Source: Rhodosorus marinus CCMP1338 (lineage: Eukaryota; Plantae; Rhodophyta). Taken from it: 64,000 bases of DNA. How positions within the stretch are numbered: the stretch's first letter is position 1; every line of letters starts with the position of its first letter. A program made the position numbers and the translations under genes. The DNA lies in assembly GCA_029953675.1 (NCBI GenBank), contig JAMWBK010000007.1, positions 992,001 through 1,056,000 on the forward strand, in the 5' to 3' direction. The notes beneath the pieces are model-generated. The model was not told the origin of the DNA. It saw only the letters and a list, made by a program, of their open reading frames with translations, and searched no databases. This document shows positions 1 to 13,285 of the stretch, piece by piece.

Positions 1-2182
1 CGGTTGAAGTCTGTCCGCTGGGTTAAAGCGAGTTCTTCGTGAAGGGCGCCTATCCGAGGCTCTCTCCTCGCAGCTGAGTACCTTTTTGAGGAGCTGACGA
101 CAGTCATGCGGCAGTGTACGTTGCTTGGCAGCGGGATCCAACCGCAGTAGAGCTCCTGGGAGTGGTGTTTCACGTCGTTTGGGAGCCCGGCTATCTCAGG
201 CTCTCCGGCTGCGGCGAATTTTGGACAAGGTCGAGATAGTTTCTGAGAAGAGCGTCCGTGTTGCTAAAATCGACACTACTGTCGACACTGCAGACGACGA
301 GGCTGTCCCTGAGAAGCCGCCAGCGGAGTCTTCTTCGTCGGGACTCGCATCCAAGCGTCCCAGGTCGATCCTCCTCTTTGCCCGCTACCTAGGCCCGGTT
401 CCAGAGCTTGGGCAGCAGTCTGAGCTCCAAGTTCTTCACGGTGATTCCTGCCTACCCTTGACTAGCCTTAACGGATTTTTCGAGCTGCGTGTGATACTAC
501 GTTCATATCTGGGTCTCCCACAGCCGCTTGGCCTCTCGAGCGGAATACCCCGTCTCTCCTCTCTGGTTGCATTGTGGAATCCCGCGACTTTGGTGCCCGC
601 CTGTTGGCGTCCTCTCCCGTGGTCCAAGGCGCCGGTTTGCGTCGTCATATGCGTATAGACTGGTTTTTATTCCGATATCTACGGTTGCAGGCTCTTGGTA
701 CGGATCACGAGGCGGAGGTCCCTTCGCCTGCAGCTCATTCGCTTGATGCTGTTGATGAGATACCTGTTGTCCAGCGTGTGAAGGATTTGGTGGTCACTGA
801 CCTGGGGCTAGCAGGATTGAGTTTATTGACTTGCCCATTCCTTGTCTCCAGGATGCGCGATATCTTCCCACGTCGTCAAAACGTCGTGATGCAGCCGCTG
901 GTTCAATTCGACTACTGAAGGAGTCCCAGTACGCTAAGCGACGACTCATCCAACCTTTCGGGACTCGGCGCTGTCTCATCGGCTTGTACCGTTGAGCATC
1001 AAGTTTAGACATTGTTGCTTCTCGCTGGCATAGTCGCGTTTTCCCTAGGCCGTTTCTGCTCGAGCGATGAGGACCATGTTAACAGGGTTGCTTCTCCAGG
1101 CTTCGTGTTTTTCGAAATGCTGCAGCGGATTTGATAGCCTCTTCAGGGAATTGTCTCTGACGCTCTGACGCTTTAACGTTGCATGGTAGTCGGGCGCCCG
1201 TTATCATCTCGCTTGCGCTCCTCGGCTTGGATAGTCCAAACGCCGGTGTTATCTTGGTTTAGCTTTCTTCCTCTCAGGGTAGTTGGCTCTGAATAAAGGA
1301 GGATGATGATGTTAACAAAGCGGATATCATCTGCGGGCAGAGTTTTCATCTCCGATTTCCGTGAAGAACTGTCAAGAAGTCCGCGGGGGAGGTGGCTGGG
1401 CCGGGCAACACGTTTTCTATTCTCTGGAAACGTGTACGTTTTGTGGTTGATCTTGATAGTTGATATCGTCCGAGTTCAGGATTTGTTTACAATTCGGCTC
1501 CCATCCAGCCATCACGGTGAACCAAAAGAAACCCGTCCATCTCCTCATTCCCCGGCATTCCCCGGACAGTATAAACTTACTGTTTATCCCCTTCCACATA
1601 ATATATTTACTCCATATACACGCTATCACGCGAATTTGGTCGAACCCCTAAAAGAACAGCCCAAATCGTCTATTTTTACAAAAGCCTCGATTTCAAATAC
1701 GAAAACCCCTTTCCAAAGTTCATCATCTAAAAACTATCTAAAAACATGTAATTCGGTGGCAACCAACCAAAAGCAAAGGGCTACTAGCCCCCTCAATCTT
1801 GTCCCACGTCACCAGTTATGACATATCCACTGAAAATCATTTCCCAAAGGATAAACGTTTTTGAAAACCCTTCTTTTTGACCCTGATTTATCGAAATCAA
1901 ATGATTAATTTTTTTTTGCTATTCTTTCACAGTATGGTCTAAAAACTTCCAAAATGCAAATCCACCCCCGAGCCTTACAAAAACATCCATAAAATGATTA
2001 AATATTTTTTTGAAAAGTGGGGTTTTAACTGAAATTTTCAGATATCCCAATTTTTTTTGTTAGGTGAAACGGGATCGTTGTTTTTCTTATGTTTTTGGGC
2101 GGAGGGGTTTGGAAATTGGAAAGAGTGGATTTCGTCTAATTAAATATTTGGTTTTTATGTTGTTTTTGGGTTGGGGGAGAAA

Positions 2183-2835
2183 GGGATTTTGGGTTAGATT
2201 TTGAGGGTTTTTGGGGGGGAGCAAGATGGAAACTTTGTTTAAGAGGAAATCTGGAAAGGATTGGGGGGGGTGGGCGAAGAGGTTAGAGAAGAAAGAGAAG
2301 AGAGAGAAGAAAGAGAGAGAAGAGAGAGAGAGTGAAGAAAGAAGAGAGAAGAGAGGAAGAGTGGAGAAGAGAGAGAGAGAAGAGAGGAAGAGATAGAGAG
2401 AGAGAGAGGGAGAGAGGGAGAGAGATAGAGAGAGTAAAGGGTTTTTGGGTTTGATTTTTGATTTTTGGGGGTGGAGGAAGATGGAAAATTTGTTTAAGAG
2501 CTAGGAATTAGGAAAGGATTTGGGGACAGAGAGGGAGAGAAGAGTGGAGTGAAGGAGAAAAGGATTTGGGATTAGATTTTGAGGTTTTTGGTAGGAGGAA
2601 GATGGGAATTTTTGTTTAAGAGCTAGGAATTGGGGGAAAAGGATTGAGGAGGGGTGAGGGAGGAGAGAGAGAAGAGGGAAGGAATTAGAGTGAAAGGGAT
2701 TTTGGGTTAGATTTTGAGGGTTTTTGGAGGGGAAGAAGGAAACTTTGTTTAAGGGCTCGGAATAAGGAAAGGATTGAGGAGAAGAGAGAGAGAGAGGGAG
2801 AGAGAGTGAAGTGAAAGAGGAATGAGAAAGGGTTT
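2183..2835. repeat. Degenerate purine-rich tandem array (4 copies) with (GA)n tracts
   Basis: The anchor TTGTTTAAG, flanked by GG(G)TTAGATTTTGAGG and GGAAAGGATT, recurs at about 2235, 2490, 2612 and 2745. An AG-only tract lies at about 2281-2430. The + strand is nearly C-free. Confidence 0.85.
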
Positions 2836-3334
2836 CGGATTTGAGGTGGTGATATTGGTTGGTATATAGAGGGAGGAAGTTAGTGAGGGAAGGAGAAGGA
2901 GGAGGAGGTGGAAGAGGGAGATTTTTTTGGTTTGACGAGGGTGCAGTACGTGGGGTTGGAGGGAGAAGTGCTTGTTTTTTGGGGGGGAGGGGGATTGGGG
3001 GAGGTTGGGAATTACAGAGGTTGGGATTTAGAGTTTTTGATGTTGAGGTTTGGTTTTTTTTGTTTCGTGTAGGCGGTGGGTGGGTGACAAGGGTTTCCTT
3101 TTTGATGGGGGGCATTTTGGGGAGTTGAGGATGTGATGGATTTGTTTATAGAGTGACGAGCGGCGCTTTTTAGGATTTTTTGTTAAGCGCGAGGGTTTCT
3201 GCCGCTGTGAGTGTGTTGTTTTTCTGTTTTCTGTTTTTGCGGGGTTTGGGTTTCGTCTAGATTTTTTGTGTTTTTCGCGTGTATGATACGGAGAGGCTGG
3301 TTTTCTTGGCTGCGGACGCTTTGAGTTGTACACG

Positions 3335-5969
3335 ATGGTGGAAAATGGGGATTTAGATGCAGACGCTTATGAGGTATGAGTCAATCACGCCCGCCAGCAT
3401 GGATTAAATTGATTTCACTGTTTTGGCTCCAGCGTGATTCTCACAGCAGCCTTCTTGTTTCTTGCGCTCTCGATCACTCCAACAGGGTGTGGATTACGTC
3501 GTCCTCAACGATGATGTTCTCACCAGTGTTTATAACGCGAGCACCGTACTGGCTGAAGGGAACGACCTTGAGAGGCTCGCCGTTTTATTTCAATTTCCGC
3601 AGTTTTTGGAGCACTGCCCGGCTGACACGATCAATATTATGATTCCCGAAATTTGTAGCAACGTTACGGGTTGGACAGAGAACGCGACTATGGCTTCGGC
3701 TGAGGTAACTTTTTATCCCCGCTTTGGTACATCTGTTTTCCTGGACCTGGTAGCGCGAGACTATGGTATTGATACTGTTCTACTTTCGTCTGATTAGGCC
3801 CTCTACTTCGTTATTGGCGTAGCAATACCGGACGACATAGCAAGTGCAATTTTGGACGTATCTCTGAAGATCCTGGACAAAATGGGACAGGGGGATATTT
3901 TTGACGCTTGGGGAGAGATTTTGTCCATGATCGTTGCACAAGTGAGCTCCAACGATGTTCATAGCAAGCTCATTCCGATGACTATTGAGCGCCTAGGTTC
4001 CAAGACCATTGATTCGAGGCGTCTTGCGGCGAGGTTGATTGGATCACTCGCCGACGTTTTATCATCTGAAGAAGTAGAGGACCTGTTCCTGAAGAGGGTC
4101 GTGGATCTCTGTGATGACAAGGACAGTTCTGTCCGGGCCATGATTGCGCAGTCCCTGGCCAGTGTTGGCGCCAAACTCCCGCTGAAACTTTGTGAGGAGC
4201 ATCTTTCCCCAAAATTGTGCTTTTTGACTGAGGACGACAGCGCTCGAGTACGAGCTGCAGCCGTCCGCGCCGTTGCGAAGATAGGCGATGCACACAAAGC
4301 TGAAGCTACCAACTCAAACATGTTCAAAACGGTAAGCCCCGTCCTCTCGATCTCAAGGAGGTCACCCTTCGGGAATCGTCCCTCCGGGAATCGAAACCTA
4401 TCGAAGGATCTGAAGGTGACAGGTACTAACAGTGCGCCACTGTCCATCTTTGTTCAGCTTCTTCTCTCGATGTTCATTGAAAAGTGCAAGGACGCAACTA
4501 TTACCGCGGCAACCGACCTCAGAACGGTGGACGATGATACGTATGTGATGCTGGAGATTTTCGCAGAGGTGTACGGATATTTTCTGATAGCGTTGAACCC
4601 TCTTTTTGAGGATGAGGAGACGTGGACGCTCACCCTGAACGGCCTGCGGAGAATGGTATCCTGCAACGGTCCAACAGTTCGACATTGGTGCGCGTTCAAC
4701 TTGCCCGCGGTAGCCACATGCTGTGGTGCTGATAGACCTGACCGCATAAAGGGCGTCCTGCACGCTTTGTCTACAGACACGGACGTTGAAACGAGAGCGA
4801 CTCTTGCGGCGGGAATACACGAGACTGCCCGTGTTGTCGGTGACACTGATTTGCGTGGAGAGGTGCTGGTGGCCGTCGGGGAACTGATGACTGACCAGAA
4901 TCCTCAGGTCCGCTTGAATGCCCTTACAAATTTTGCGGAGCTCTTGGAACTGCTTTCCGAGAAGGAACCTGCCGCTAGGAAGTTAGACCCTGTTTTCACG
5001 AACTTGGAAGCGCTGGCACAGGATTCATGGCGAACGCAAAAGGTTCTTGCGGAGCAACTGGACAAGGCTGCGTGCAACATACCGCAAGAAATGCTTTGTG
5101 AGTACGTCGCGCCTGTTCTTTTCCAGATGGCGAGGGAGAGCACCTACCTCGTTCGAAATGCTTCCATCGCTGCGGCAGTGCGCGTTCTGCGCTACATTTC
5201 AGCGATTCGACGGCGGGATGGCATCCACAACCATTTCATTAACGAGTGGGCTCAGGGAAAAGTTTACTGGACTAGACTTGCTTTCCTTGAGGGAGCTGAC
5301 GTGGCGCGCACCATTTTTAGTCGAAAGTTGTACAACAGCATGTTTGCTGAGTCGGCATTGAAAATGAGTGGCGATTCCGTCTCAAATGTTCGTCTCAGAC
5401 TCGTCAACCTGATGCAGAATTCTATTGCGGAGAGCAAGGACCTCAAACTGTACAGTGAAGCCCTCGCCAAGTTGGTCGAAGATTCGGACCCGGAGGTAAA
5501 AATCCGTTTGGCCCTTGGCCTTTGATTCCCTTGCTTCGTTTGCTGACTCTCGTGTCGGTTCTATTTTGCTTCTCAGGTGAAGGAGGCCGCTTTAAGTTGT
5601 CAGGAAGCTGTAGCCGGGTTCAAGGGTTTGTCACCGGAACAGGTGAAGGAAGACAAGCAAAGGGAGGAGGCGGAGGACAAATTCTTTGTTCTTCCAAAAG
5701 CGCAGGTCTCCAAGGGTGCGAGTCAGAAACCTGTAGTCCTTTCCACGCGAACCTCTTCGAAAAAGCAATTTGTGAAGAGCCAACCGCCGCTCAAGCCCCC
5801 AGTTCCATCCGATGTTGTGCTGTCCAAATTTTCAACTGGCGACCCGGAAGGTATGGCCGAGGGTAATGACTTGAACTCGGCGAATGGCGTCCGTGGGGAA
5901 AAGGACGAGGAAGAAACATTGGACAAGCGAAAAGGACTTTTGAGGAGGGCGTGCTGCTCTGTCTCATAA
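3335..5969 (+). CDS. PPP4R4: HEAT-repeat protein, PP4 regulatory subunit 4-like (PP2A A-subunit fold)
   Basis: ATG at 3335. GT-AG introns at 3374-3485, about 3706-3797, 4332-4457 and 5496-5576 join the ORFs in frame. The HEAT repeats include DxDxxVRxxxA motifs. WAQGKVYWTRLAFLE...DSVSNVRLRL resembles PPP4R4 (GKSYWNRLRFLD...DPVANVRMKL, recalled from memory). Ends TAA at 5967-5969. Confidence 0.75.
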
Positions 5970-6477
5970 AGGATTCTTAGGGTCTTCCAGACTAGGAAAG
6001 GCGGTACCCGTGCATAGACATCGTTTCCGGCGTGACCGGGTCCTTTTCTGAACGCACCCGTGTTGACGTTCGCAGAACGAGGGCTGATATGTCCTACCTG
6101 TGGGAACCGCTCGCTTTCTCCCCTTATCTGTATCACATAAGCCTGTGGTGTGGGTCGGGTGTAGTTCCAACTTGGAAAATGTTAATTACTATCTTCTTCT
6201 CTAACGGAGACTGTTTTCTGTTTTTCTTTTTCTGGCATAAGGAGAAACTATGTCACATATAATGTCAATTTATTCTAAAGTTTTATGGTCAAGAGAATTG
6301 TTTTGTTTCTTTCTTTCTTGATTTTGTACAATCGCAGATTCGAGTTCCAAGCCTTTTTTTTTTTGGGGGAATGGGGCACTGCAAACCGAAAAGAAAAAAC
6401 AAGGGAACCCAACTGAACGCACAAGTAGGGAAGGGAGTTATTCAAAACTGCCATGAATGGGAAAAATAGGTACTATC

Positions 6478-7256
6478 TCAAGATGATCCCCTAAAGTAGC
6501 TCATGGCCTGGTCCATGACTGCGGAGGCCATGTAGCTCCTCATCTGCTCCTGTTGTTGTCTACTGCACTTGAAGTAGGCGACGAGGTTTGTACCAGTGAG
6601 AATTAGAGCGACGGCTACTACCAACAGCCATGTGAACTCAAACCGGAAGATGCACACTATTCCGAGTCCAACCCATAGAACTGGTTGTAAGTACATAGAC
6701 CACCAGAACAGTCTGGAATCGATGACACTGTTCGTATTGTTATCCTGATTTGTCCATGACGAAGAAACACACAGGTTGTTGTCAGCGATGGCTTATCATA
6801 GTCTACAATACGGGGAGAAAGAACAAGTTAAAACGCAGTATCGATTTCAACTCATACCTCCTTGCATTCAAAGCGCCAAGCAGTTGTTCCGTCTTCATTC
6901 ACATCTGTCCACCATCTCAAGCCCACCATCAACCTCCCGCTCACATTTTTCACTGTCCAAAAGTCGAAGGCCAGAAGAGTAACCGTGACCACAAACTGTA
7001 CCACAAAGTTGCCCAGGAAGAACCCAAGCAGAAGGTACGACGCGATTGCCGCTAGCTTTAAACCCACATGAAACAAGGCCACCCCCGGGTGCGAGCTCTT
7101 CCTCAAAATCGTTCCAATCGCTCCACCGCCTCCTTCATCGTCCAATCCACCGCCCCCTTCCTCAACATCAAACTGCTCCACACGAGCTCCTTTCGTTACG
7201 TGAGGAAGACTCTCTTCCTCATAAAACTGTACTTCATTCTCATCTCCGCTCGACAT
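6478..7256 (-). CDS. TVP23: Golgi membrane protein TVP23/FAM18 (ECHIDNA-like)
   Basis: ATG at 7256. Motifs HPGVALFH, LLAFDFWTVKNVSGRLMVGLRWW and LTGTNLVAYFKC are present. One intron (about 6857-6745, GTATGA...AATCAG) joins the two ORFs in frame. Confidence 0.93.
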
Positions 7257-8069
7257 CGCCCCAAACCCCAACCAGCCCAAAAAACCGAAACCCACAACGC
7301 CTCAAATACAAAACGACTTATCCAACTTCAAACGCAGAAGCGAAAGACCAAACCAAAAAGAAACCCACTTTCTCAGATCCTATTCTGACAATGACCGATC
7401 GATACTCTCGACAGTTTCCACCCAAAAACAGATACCTTTGCCTTGTCTCCAACAGTCCCCGTGAATCTATTCCCTCCTTCCCCACCACTCAAAAACGACA
7501 AAACAAAACTTTCCTCTCTTTCCACTTATCAAAAGAAAACCAGCACACAGACAAACCCTGTCCCACAACTCTAGATATTAAAAAGAACAAAAACGATCTT
7601 AAATAAGTACGATTAACTCCTTAAAATTACAATAAACCTGATATTGTCTCTCAGAATTAGTGTGTAGTTTTCATATTCTAGATCGACTGACAAGGTGCGG
7701 TTTTTCCCATCGGGTGGTCTATGATCTAGAGCATAGTTCTTAATTAAGTACCTTTTCGTGTTTATTTGTTTCATTTCAATTTATTCTGGTCGTGTGTTCT
7801 AGTTTATCTTATTCTAGATGTTATGTCCCGACAAGATTGGGCTTTGGCGTAGAAGGTTTGGGTAGAGGCTATGATTGCATGAGGCGTGCTTAATAGACCC
7901 GATGTATTGACCTCAAAACCTCAGCAAGTAGAGCTGTGGTGTATATTTGTATACACAAGCTGTTCACTGTACACCTACTGTGTTAGCCGCGAGAGATAGC
8001 GCCGCGATAATCGCCTCCACGAGGGCGAATCAATGCGCTTTTGAGATGTCATGCCTGAGATAAAAAATT

Positions 8070-8119
8070 GCAAAGAGGAGATGCAAATGGCGTTACTGGC
8101 CAGTGCGTCTCCTCTTTGC
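8070..8119. other. 16-bp stem hairpin in intergenic DNA
   Basis: GCAAAGAGGAGATGCA (8070-8085) pairs with TGCGTCTCCTCTTTGC (8104-8119), with one G-U pair. An A6 run lies just upstream, which is a T run after the hairpin on the minus strand. Confidence 0.8.
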
Positions 8120-9514
8120 TTGAGGGCAACCTGTAGCCTTCCTTCCAGGTCCTAGATGCGGCTCTTCCTCTGGACGGGACTGGGTGGAAGGGGACGTGGT
8201 AGATTGGTAGATTCGAACTGATACTGATGATCGTTGCTGTGAGGATTCAGTGGGGAGTTCTAGAGTCTATAAAGCCTCATTTTAGCTAGGTAGAATAGGT
8301 TCTTTCCACCATCCCCGTCCCGTTCTATCTTTATCGAACTATGGACCATTCAGCCACAACTCGTGTCGCACAACACCGAAAACCGCTCAAATTATCCCCA
8401 AAAAAATCCATCACGCATCCACGACAATTCATCGAAAAACATATATAAAATTTCGCTCTTTACTCCCCTTGCGATCAGCAGTTATGCGTTTCTAAATTCA
8501 TATATTGAGAAATTAATACAAACTTATTTAAAACTCTTATTGCAAAACAACTACCCGTCCGAAAACTTCAATGATTCTTTTAAGTTTTGCTTTTAAAAAA
8601 CCAGGGAAGAAGTTAACCATAAAATAAAATAAAATTAGCTCACCTTCAAAATACTACAATTCAATATTTCGAATTAAGCAAAAAAATTGCATATCAGTCT
8701 TTATGAAATTTTGACTGAATATGCAGTCATTATTGCGTTGGCGGGTGTTGCCGTGCTGCTAGCGCTGTTGGGACAAAAAATAGCATGGGACGCTTCTGGT
8801 CGATCAATGTGGACCGAAGCCGTGTGGATCTGAGATACAAAATTCGCCTCCAGAACCTCTCTTTTGTTGAGCTCAGAGGACCTTCGTGTTTGTTGATGTG
8901 TTCTTGTTGATTGTTTTGCGTGATTCTACTGACCATATTGAGCCCACCCTCCCTCCTACACCCGCCACTCCGCAAGTGTTTTGTCCTACCCCCAGGGCGT
9001 TTCCCAACCAGCGCTTTGGGATTCCCTGTCCTGGTAGTATTATCACTGGGGATCTTGGAGGACTTGGAAGGACTGCCCACTTTTTTCTATTTCCCCAATC
9101 AATTAGCCTTGAATCACGCGCTGGCCTGTCAAGCCCTACACATATACCTTACACCATATACGCATCAACGCACACGGAGAGCGTTTCCTGCTAACTCCGA
9201 CGATTGCCGATCAGGATGCACGCCGGATCTGTCAGAGCCACAGCACGTCCCGTGAACATTGAACATACTAATGCTTTGACAACTTCCAGGCACAACAGAC
9301 AAGAAAACTACAGCCCCAGGGGTTGACTACCAGCCTGGAAAAAGCGGGGTCTTCTCCGCCTCTCCCGCTTTCGAAGCTCTGCCATGTCAATAGACTCGCT
9401 CAAGTCGACTCTGAAGATCCGCAGTGCTTTACAATCTTGGCTGATGAAGAAGAAGAGCAAGGATGAACGTTTCCAGAGCCTAACAAGACCAAGATCTAGG
9501 CAGTCCGAACTCTG

Positions 9515-9960
9515 TGGCAATAAGATCCGTCTTGAGTAACGATCGATCCGGTTGGTGGGAAGAAGAGTAGCGAACGCGGCTGTGGAATCTCTTCCGAAGA
9601 GGGAGCCTGGTGACTGGGAATTTGAGAATCGAGGAATCTAAATCGTCCTCAAAAGAAACCGTACAAGCTTTGTCGTTGTTCAAAGTTTGGGGTTTTAAGG
9701 ATCGGTCTTCTTAAGAAGCGATCGAGGTGGAGGAAGGTCAGCTGGTGGGCGTGTGAGCCTCTTTCGAAGAGGGAGGTTGGGGATTTTTGGTTTACCGAGG
9801 AATCCAAATCGGTCTGGGCAAGCGCTTTGTTTTTTTGTCTGAACTGTTACGATAAGATCCGTCTTCCTTAGAAGCGAACGCGTTGGGGAAGAAGGGACGT
9901 CAGGGTGAGTCTCTTCCGAAGAGGGAGGTTAGGGATTCGTTTTTGCGAGGCTCAAGAATC
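9515..9960. repeat. Three degenerate direct repeats upstream of COPB2
   Basis: The quasi-palindrome CTCTT(C/T)CGAAGAGGGA occurs at 9589, 9759 and 9911. Each copy is preceded by an AGATC(C/G)GTCTT-like motif and followed by CGAGG...AATCG. Confidence 0.8.
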
Positions 9961-9973
9961 GGGTGATCGCAAG

Positions 9974-12900
9974 ATGGTAAGGGTTGGATGTTTTGGTCCT
10001 TGCTTTTTTGTTTTTCCAACTGGTGTGGTTTCTCGTTGGGTCTAATTGAGGTTTGTTTGTTTGTTTTTGATGTGGAAACAGCCGATGAAACTTGATATTA
10101 AGAAGGAGCTGAATTCTCATTCGGACAGGGTGAAGAGCGTTGATCTTCATCCAACGGAGCCATGGGTTTTGTCTTGTTTGTATGACGGAACGATGCACAT
10201 CTATGATTACTCGACCGGAACTGTGGTCAAGTCGTTTGAAGTGTCGGATCAGCCGGTCCGCTGCGGAGTGTTCATCCCGCGAAAGCGGTGGATCGTGTGT
10301 GGGTGCGACGACATGATGATCCGCGTCTACAACTACAACACTATGGAAAAGTTGCAAGCTTTTGAAGCTCATATGGACTACATTAGAAGCATCAGCGTTC
10401 ATCCTTCTTTGCCGCTGGTCGTCACCGCGTCTGACGATATGTTGATCAAGTTGTGGGACTGGGAAAAAGGATGGGCTACCACAATGATCTACGAAGGTCA
10501 TGGCCACTATGTTATGCAGGTCCTCTTCAACCCCAAGGATCCCAATACTTTCGCATCAGCGTCTCTCGATCATACTATAAAGGTAACGCCTACAATTCCA
10601 AACCAAAGTAGTCTGAGGACTGGCTGGAATCTCACAGACTATCTCCGGTTTCTTTACCTGGCGCGAAAGGTGTGGAGCATATCTTCTCCGATTCCCAATA
10701 TGACTCTGGAAGGTCACGAAAGGGGAGTCAACTGTATTGATTACTACGCGGGGCCGGACAAACCTTACCTGTGTTCTGGAGGAGACGACCAAGTTATCAA
10801 GCTGTGGGACTATCAGACGAGAAGCTGCGTCCAGACTATGGAGTACCACGAGCACAACGTCTCGTGCGTCTCCTTCATTCACGATCGCCCGTTGATCCTC
10901 AGCGGGTCAGAAGATGGCTCGGCTGTGCTGTGGAATTCCAATACTTACACGAATGAGGCCACGATCCAGTTGAACAAGGAGAGGTGCTGGTCAGCCTCTC
11001 ACCAAAAGGGATTGAACAGAATCGCACTTGGTTATGACTTTGGTGAGTGTTGGACCTGAACCCGTTTAGAACCCTGGAAAGATGCTGATATCAGTCGCTT
11101 CTGTGATACTCGGTAGGAACTGTGGTCATCAAGTTCGGTAGAGACACTCCTCTGGTGTCGATGGACAGCTCTGGAAAGGTGATTTATATAAAGCAGAACG
11201 AGGCGAGCACGATAAACCTGCGCAGCATTGATATATCGTCGTACGCAGATGGTGACCGACTGCCTCTTGTTGGCAAGGAGTTGGGGGCGACAGAAAACTC
11301 TCCGCAGTCCATTTCTCACAGTCCAAACGGGCGATTCGTTGCCGTTTGTGGCGATGGAGAGTACATTGTATACACTGCGCTGGCTTGGAGGAACAAGAGT
11401 TTTGGTCAAGGTGATGAGGTGCGATTGTGCTACTAGGCAGGTCGTGGCTGTCGTCATGCTCGGGAAATACTAACCTCGCCCTTGGACGTTTGTCCAATGC
11501 AGGTCGTTTGGGACAGGGGAGGAGGAGAATACGCAGCTCGGCGGGGCGCGTCAGATATTCGCGTATTCTCGAACAAGTTCAAGGAGAGGACCTCGGTTCA
11601 GACGGATTTCATGGCCGAAGGGATATTCGGGGGCAACTTGCTGTGTGTACGGTCCAGCGACTTTGTCTGCTTCTTCGATTGGGAGTCAATGCAGTTGATC
11701 CGGAGGATTGACGTCGTCCCAACCAATATCTATTGGGCAGACTCGGATTTGGTAGCCCTCGCGACGGATCAATCTCTTTTCATTCTTCAATTTAACCGAG
11801 AGGCGTTTGAGACAGCGCTCGATCAGCACGGGGGAGTTGTGGGGCCGGTATGAATCTAAGCAGGCAATATGGATGCTCCCTATCGATGTTTTGGAGACCC
11901 AAACTGATTTAATCGTTTGTGATTCTTGCCCGAAGGATGGCGTCGAAGAGGCTTTCCAGCTGCTACACGAATACTCTGAGAAGGTCACGAGTGGGCACTG
12001 GATCGGTGATTGCTTCATCTATACCAACTCAAACAACCAACTGAATTGCGTAGTGGGCTCGGAGGTCAGCCTGTTAAACCACATGGACGGGCCAACGTTC
12101 ATTCTCGGGTATTTGACAAAGGATAATCGTATCCTCGTGGCGGACAAGAGCGTCAGCATTACATCCTATGCCTTGAACCTCGCGGTGGTCGAGTATAAGA
12201 CGGCAATCATCAGGAATGACCATGAGGAGGCCGCCCAAGTTCTTCAAAAAGTCCCCGCCAGCGAGCACAACAAACTGGCCAAGTTCCTGGAGAAGCAAGG
12301 TTACAAAGAGCAGGCCTTGGACCTCGCGACCGACCCTGATTACATGTACGTTTCTGCTCTCGTTGTCGAACTAGTTTCGTAAATGGCTGAGGACCCCTTT
12401 TGTTCTTTCCGGTGGTTTAGGTGTGAATTGGCTATAGGATTGGGCAAGCTGGATCTGGCGGCAGATATAGCCAAGAAGGATCCAAGCCCGTTGAAGTGGA
12501 AGAGCATTGGAGAACTGGCTACGCAAGAGGGCCGCTTGGACCTCGCAGAGAAGTGTATGGTAGAGGGCGAGGACTTGCCCGGACTAGTGTCCCTGGGAAT
12601 GGCGACGAGTAATGCGGAGATCCTGGAGCGTGTCGCCGAGACTTCGGTGGACGGAAAAGCGATGAACATTGCATTTCTCAGTAGCTTCATGCTGGGGCGT
12701 GTAGATGAGTGCTTGAAAATACTGATATCGAACCAGAGAATACCCGAGGCTGCGTTGTTTGCTCGGAGCTATTGCCCATCCGAGGTACGGCGTCTTGAAA
12801 TTTCTCTTCCTTCGACACCCGTCACTCACATACCTTGCGATTTCTGACAAAATCAGGTTGCGAGGATAGTGGAAATGTGGAAGGCAGAGTTGCGAAAATC

Positions 12901-13285
12901 TGGGCACGTACGAATGGCGGATCTTCTGGCAGATCCTATATCTCACGCTCACTTGTTTGAGGGGTACGATGCCTCGCTTCAGTCTGAGAAGGACAATGCG
13001 GACCTCATGTTGAAGATGAAGGAAGTGGATTCCGATTACTACCCTGCGTATAAACAAACTCTGGAAACTGGGATTCCCCATGAGAATTCTCCGGACGACC
13101 GGAAAGACGAGGCACAGGAAAACGGGCTTGGGACAGCAGAACCAGCTCTTGATCCACGGGCGGAGTTGGAGCGAGAGGACGACGAAGATGAAGATTACAA
13201 TCCGGGAGAGGCTGGGAACGTTGACGATAATCCATCTGAAGAGGAAGATGACGACGAAGAAGGGTTGGACGAAGAAGAGCTGTGA
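9974..13285 (+). CDS. COPB2: Coatomer subunit beta' (WD40 + alpha-solenoid)
   Basis: The first coding exon is ATG only (9974-9976), followed by intron 9977-10081, giving MPMKLDIKKELNSHSDRVKSVDLHPTEPW. Other motifs include FEAHMDYIRSISVHP, LEGHERGVNCIDYY and SGGDDQVIKLWDYQ. Further GT-AG introns link the ORFs, and an acidic tail ends at TGA 13283-13285. Confidence 0.97.

Noticed and set aside
1-1260. ORF fragments at the window start
   Set aside because: Non-ATG starts and no recognisable motifs. This may be TE debris but cannot be assigned.
2211-3333. Long ORFs rich in E/R/K or P/S/L (e.g. 2501-3115 on the minus strand)
   Set aside because: These are artefacts of purine-rich low-complexity repeats that lack stop codons.
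8690-8833. Frame reading LYEILTEYAVIIALAGVAVLLALLGQKI, resembling a Flp pilin
   Set aside because: There is no start codon, the sequence upstream is an AT-rich island, and the genome is eukaryotic. Likely chance hydrophobic coding of G/T-rich DNA.
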